DNA of 64,000 bases from Gemmatimonadota bacterium (GTDB lineage: Bacteria; Gemmatimonadota; Gemmatimonadetes; Palauibacterales; Palauibacteraceae): assembly GCA_963666735.1 (NCBI GenBank), contig OY762926.1, forward strand, positions 1,696,001-1,760,000, written 5' to 3'. Shown here in pieces: positions 59,996 through 64,000 of this stretch. The notes beneath the pieces were generated by a model. The model ran no database searches. It was not told the DNA's origin and saw nothing but the letters and a program-made list of their open reading frames with translations. The first letter of the stretch is position 1. Every line of letters begins with the position of its first letter. The position numbers and the translations under genes were made by a program.

Positions 59996-61448
59996 GTCGA
60001 CCTCCGCCCGCCCCGCGTCTCGCGCTCGCTGCCCCGAACCTACGCGGCGCGAACTGAATCCGCTCGCCGGTTTCCCTTCCCTTCCTCCCCGTCTTGCCCT
60101 CCTCGCGGCCGCCCTCCCGATCGTTCTCCCGATCGTCGCGTGTGGGGGGTCGGAGGGCGGATCGGGGGCCGGCGGGGCGGGGGGGGGATCGGCGGCGGCG
60201 AACGCCCCCGCGTCGGCCGTGCGCCCCGGGATCGATGTGCTGCTCGCCGACTCCTCCCATCTCATCGACGGGCGGCGCGTGGGGCTGATCACGAACCGGA
60301 GCGGCGTGGGACCCGACGGCACGAGTTCCATCGACCTTCTGCACGGTCACGCGGACGCGGAACTCACGGCCCTCTTCGCCCCCGAGCACGGGATCCGGGG
60401 CACGGAACCGGAGGGCGCCGCGATCGACGACGCGAGGGATGAAGGGACGGGGCTGCCGATCTACTCGCTGTACGGCGAGACGCGGGCGCCCACGCCGGAA
60501 ATGCTGGCTTCGATCGACGTGCTCGCGTTCGATATCCAGGACATCGGCTCGCGCTACTACACCTACGCATCGACGATGGCGCTCGCGATGACGGCGGCCG
60601 GGCGCGCGGGCATCCCCATGATCGTCCTCGATCGCCCGAATCCCATCGGCGGTCTCACGCAGGGTCCCGTGCTGGATCCCGCCTTCGCGACCTTCGTCGG
60701 CCTGTACCCGGTGCCCGTGCGGCACGGACTCACGGCGGGCGAACTCGCGCGTCTGTATCGGGGGGCGTTCGGCGTGGAGGTGGAGTTGCACGTCGTCCCG
60801 GCCGCGGGCTGGTCGGCGGACCGCTGGTTCGATGAGACGGACCTTCCGTGGATCGCGCCATCGCTCAACATGCCTTCGCTGGAGAGCGCCACGCACTATC
60901 CCGGCACCTGTCTGTTCGAGGGGACCAACCTCTCCGTCGGCCGCGGGACGCCGACCGCGTTTCAGGTGCTGGGCGCCCCGTGGCTGGACGGCGAAGCCTG
61001 GATCGCGGGAATCCGGGCCGCGGCGGACGCAGTGGGCGCGACGGACGCAGTGGGCGCGACGGACGCAGCGGGCGCGACGGTGGCGGCAGGCGAGACCGGC
61101 GTGGCACGGCTGCCGGGGGTCGAGATCCGGGCGGTCACGTTCACGCCGGAGTCGCCGAGCGACGGAAGGTTCGCGGGCGAGGAGATCTCCGGGATCCGTT
61201 TCACAGTGACGGACCGGTCGACCTACGATCCGGTGCGGACGGCGGTGGCCGCGCTGCTGGCCGCTCGTCGACTCTCCGGCGACGCCTGGGAGTGGAGGGT
61301 GCGACACTTCGATCGTCTCGCGGGTTCGGACCGCCTCCGGATCGCCATCGACCGCGGCGCCCCGCTCGATGACATCACTTCGGAATGGGCAGCCGATCTC
61401 GCCGCCTTCGAGGCCCTCCGCCGCTCGTACCTGCTCTACTCCCGCTAG
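59994..61448 (+). CDS. DUF1343 / NamZ-like exo-beta-N-acetylmuramidase; start uncertain
   Basis: VGLITN, LFAPEHG, SLYG, FDIQDIGSRYYTY, LDRPNP, RHGLTAGELA, SVGRGT. Confidence 0.9.
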   Translation: MSTSARPASRARCPEPTRRELNPLAGFPSLPPRLALLAAALPIVLPIVACGGSEGGSGAGGAGGGSAAANAPASAVRPGIDVLLADSSHLIDGRRVGLITNRSGVGPDGTSSIDLLHGHADAELTALFAPEHGIRGTEPEGAAIDDARDEGTGLPIYSLYGETRAPTPEMLASIDVLAFDIQDIGSRYYTYASTMALAMTAAGRAGIPMIVLDRPNPIGGLTQGPVLDPAFATFVGLYPVPVRHGLTAGELARLYRGAFGVEVELHVVPAAGWSADRWFDETDLPWIAPSLNMPSLESATHYPGTCLFEGTNLSVGRGTPTAFQVLGAPWLDGEAWIAGIRAAADAVGATDAVGATDAAGATVAAGETGVARLPGVEIRAVTFTPESPSDGRFAGEEISGIRFTVTDRSTYDPVRTAVAALLAARRLSGDAWEWRVRHFDRLAGSDRLRIAIDRGAPLDDITSEWAADLAAFEALRRSYLLYSR

Positions 61449-61490
61449 GCTGCCGGGGCAGTCAGCCGCCAGGGCAGCCGAGGCGCCAGA

Positions 61491-61506
61491 CGTTCCCGCG
61501 GGAACG
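61491..61506. repeat. Palindrome CGTTCCCGCGGGAACG upstream of the HNH gene
   Basis: Perfect 16-mer, preceded by GA. Confidence 0.95.
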
Positions 61507-61711
61507 CGTGACCTGCCTCTCCATCCAGCCGGACGCGGTCCTGCGAGTCTTCGATGATACTCCGTTGAGACCTGACCGAATACTAACCGAAGAACGGATG
61601 GAGTCGGCGCGCGTCTTCGCTTCCGGCGGTGCGCGTGCCGGTGCCTGGCTCGCGACGCGTTGCTCTCGGTCACCGCTTGCTCGCGATCACCCTGGACTTC
61701 GGAGATAGGCC

Positions 61712-63244
61712 ATGTTCCACGACACGCCTCGGGGCGGCGACGCCCCGAAAGGTGACGGCCCGGGCGGCAACGGCCGCAGCCCCGCGACTCGGCTGGGCGT
61801 CCAGCCTCCCGTCGATCCCCTCGGCGATGAAATCGCCCACCTCTGCGCTCATCTGGACGCCAGTCAGTACCGGCTTCTCACGCTGCTCCAGCGCTTCGAC
61901 GCGGCGGAGGGCTGGAGCGGGTGGATCTCCTGCGCGCACTGGCTGTCCTGGCGCACGGGGATGACGACCGGCACGGCGCGCGAACGGGTCAGGGTCGCCC
62001 GGCGTCTCGCCGTTCTGCCGCTCACTTCCGCCGAAATGGAGAAGGGACGCCTATCCTGGTCCAAGGTCCGGGCTCTGACTCGGATCGCCGCGGAGGAGAA
62101 CGAGGAGCGTCTGGTCGAGTTCGCCCTGCACCACACGGCGAGCCAGGTCGAACGTTTCGTCCGCGCGTGGCGTTCGGCCGAGGCGGCCGCGGACGCGTGG
62201 GATGACCACTCCGAGATCGCGACCCGCCGCTCCCTGAGCGTACAGGTGTCGGAAGACGGCATGTATCGCGTGCGGGGCTGCCTGACGCCTGAGGTGGGCG
62301 CCCTTCTCATGCGGGCGCTGGAGGCGGCGGGGGACGAATTGTACCGAGCGGAACGCGCCGCCGAGCGAGAGGCCGAACGGGCGGAGGGGACGACCGCCGC
62401 CGAGGAACCGGCCGGCGCCGGGGAGGGTGAGCGCGAACGGGGCGCGCCCTGGGAGCCGAAACCTCTGAGACTGCCGCGTACGCCGGGGCAGCGGCACCAC
62501 GATGCGCTCCAGGCGTGGATCGAGGACCGGACGCAGGCGAAGGTCCAACTCGTCGTCCATACGGTGGCCGGCGCCCCCGACATCGTGAGCACGGAGGAGT
62601 CTTCACACGTTCCCGCGGGAACGTCGCGGCGCCTCTCCTGCGATGCCGAGGCGGTACGGGTCACGCGCGGAGCGGACGGCTCCGTGCTGGACGTGGGCCG
62701 TCGTCGCAGGACAGTGAACTGGCACCTCCGCAAGGCGCTCGAGGTCCGTGACGGCGGCTGCCGCTTTCCGGGCTGCGGATCGCGCTACACGCAGGCGCAC
62801 CATGCGGTTCCGTGGGCGGACGGGGGAGAAACCGCGCTGCACAATCTCATCCTGCTCTGCCGATTCCATCACCGGATGGTGCACGAGGGCGGCTGGCGTG
62901 TGGAGATGCCGCAGCCGGAGACCGACGCGGCAGGCGAGGCAGCCGTGGCCGGGGCGAACGGCGCCTCGGGGGCGGCGCACTTCAAGGATCCGGAGGGGAC
63001 CGTGGTTCCGGCTGTCGCACCGCTGTGCGAGGATGTGGCGGCGCCGAAGACGCCCGATGCGGGGCTCGCCGGCTGGCACGGGCAGCCGGGGATCGATCCC
63101 TGGACGGGGGCCGGCCGGTGGGAGGGGGACCGGCTGGACATGGACTGGGCGCTCTGGGTCCTCTGGGGTCAGTATGGAGACACCGGCACGCCCGGCACGC
63201 CCGGTACGCCTGAGGCACGGGGCGAAGCGCCCCGCGCCGCCTGA
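61712..63244 (+). CDS. DUF222-domain HNH endonuclease (13E12-repeat-like family)
   Basis: SCAHWLSWRTG, ARERVRVAR, GRLSWSKVRALTR; RRLSCDA, LDVGR, RDGGCRFPGC, AHH..PW.DGGET...NLILLCRFHH. Confidence 0.9.
   Translation: MFHDTPRGGDAPKGDGPGGNGRSPATRLGVQPPVDPLGDEIAHLCAHLDASQYRLLTLLQRFDAAEGWSGWISCAHWLSWRTGMTTGTARERVRVARRLAVLPLTSAEMEKGRLSWSKVRALTRIAAEENEERLVEFALHHTASQVERFVRAWRSAEAAADAWDDHSEIATRRSLSVQVSEDGMYRVRGCLTPEVGALLMRALEAAGDELYRAERAAEREAERAEGTTAAEEPAGAGEGERERGAPWEPKPLRLPRTPGQRHHDALQAWIEDRTQAKVQLVVHTVAGAPDIVSTEESSHVPAGTSRRLSCDAEAVRVTRGADGSVLDVGRRRRTVNWHLRKALEVRDGGCRFPGCGSRYTQAHHAVPWADGGETALHNLILLCRFHHRMVHEGGWRVEMPQPETDAAGEAAVAGANGASGAAHFKDPEGTVVPAVAPLCEDVAAPKTPDAGLAGWHGQPGIDPWTGAGRWEGDRLDMDWALWVLWGQYGDTGTPGTPGTPEARGEAPRAA
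62607..62624. repeat. Palindrome ACGTTCCCGCGGGAACGT inside the HNH gene
   Basis: Perfect 18-mer, encodes HVPAGTS. Confidence 0.95.
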
Positions 63245-63256
63245 GCCCTCCGCTCA

Positions 63257-63272
63257 CGTTTCCGCGGGAACG
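63257..63272. repeat. Palindrome copy (15/16) 12 bp downstream of the HNH stop
   Basis: CGTTTCCGCGGGAACG. Confidence 0.9.
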
Positions 63273-63302
63273 CGAACCGCCGACGCTCGCCGGGGAAACC
63301 CC

Positions 63303-64000
63303 TTACCTGGGGACGATGATCCGGGCGGCCAGCGGTGAGACCTTCGCCTCCATCGGAGTCTCGCCTCGGGGGTCGCCGTCGATTTCTATGGCGACGGGCG
63401 GGTCGGCCTCGATCCGCACGGTGCGGGCCTGAAAGAAGATGATCTTGTCGTCTCCCGAATACCGGTTTCGCGTGACGCGCCAGATGATGCGGGCGACCTC
63501 GGGGAGGTTGCTGGGGGCGTAGATGCACACGTCGATCAGGCCGTCCTGGAACGAGGCCCCGGGCGCCATCCGGAACTCCACGGGAAGGGGGCCGGCCCCG
63601 AGCTGGCCCGCGTTCGCGACGAGCACCATCGACGCCTTCACCTGCACTTCGTGATCGTCGGCGGTGATGCGGAAGTCGGCGCCGGGACGGTTGATGACGT
63701 TCTTGAGTCCGCTGTAGATGTAGGCCCCGAAGCCGAGGCGGCTCTTGAGTTCGGCGGTGGCACCGGCCATGACCTGCGCGTCGAAGCCGGCACCGGCCAT
63801 GAGCGCGAACGTCTCTCCGTTCGCCTCCGCGAGGTCGATTCTGGTCACTCTTCCCTCCACCGCGACCCGCACACTGTCCTCCAGTGACGTGGGAATGTCG
63901 AAGTTGAGGGCGAGCTGGTTGGCGGTTCCGAAGGGGACGATCGCGACGGGCACCGACGTTCCGGCGACGCCGCGCAGGGCCACGCTCACGGTGCCGTCGC
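63303..64000 (-). CDS. Diacylglycerol kinase family lipid kinase (5' part outside window)
   Basis: DGTV, PFGTANQLA, AGAGFDA, DGLIDV, EIDGD. Confidence 0.88.
   Translation of the reverse strand, partial: DGTVSVALRGVAGTSVPVAIVPFGTANQLALNFDIPTSLEDSVRVAVEGRVTRIDLAEANGETFALMAGAGFDAQVMAGATAELKSRLGFGAYIYSGLKNVINRPGADFRITADDHEVQVKASMVLVANAGQLGAGPLPVEFRMAPGASFQDGLIDVCIYAPSNLPEVARIIWRVTRNRYSGDDKIIFFQARTVRIEADPPVAIEIDGDPRGETPMEAKVSPLAARIIVPR

Noticed and set aside
61563..61595. CCGAA-N6-CCGAA upstream of the HNH gene as a LexA-like box
   Set aside because: Single instance with no matching motif seen upstream of uvrA; insufficient support.

Overview
High-GC bacterial window. Gene content and style (Ig-repeat lipoproteins, leishmanolysin-like protease, many toxin-antitoxin (TA) modules) suggest a host- or sponge-associated Gemmatimonadota-like organism; this is inference, not a database result. 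The housekeeping backbone is tRNA-Lys, ffh-rpsP-rimM-trmD-rplS-rnhB, purA, a DapA-family gene, trpS, a pspA cluster, uvrA and a peptidoglycan-recycling cluster. It is interrupted by many small TA/defence inserts, several of them decayed. A ~14 kb accessory island (27.8-41.6 kb) holds three mosaic paralogues of an ATPase/PD-(D/E)XK nuclease gene, the split ends of a fourth, a Menshen-like DUF262/DUF3696 triad, and IS3/integrase/relaxase debris. The most striking unexplained signal is a 16-20 bp palindrome, (GA)CGTTCCCGCGGGAACG(TC), seen 7 times. It occurs inside and on both sides of a DUF222-HNH endonuclease gene, and 42 kb away as the core of 38-bp direct repeats bracketing a HicAB cassette. 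A PIN-like nuclease fused in frame to an RNA ligase is also notable. All family assignments come from motif recognition by eye.
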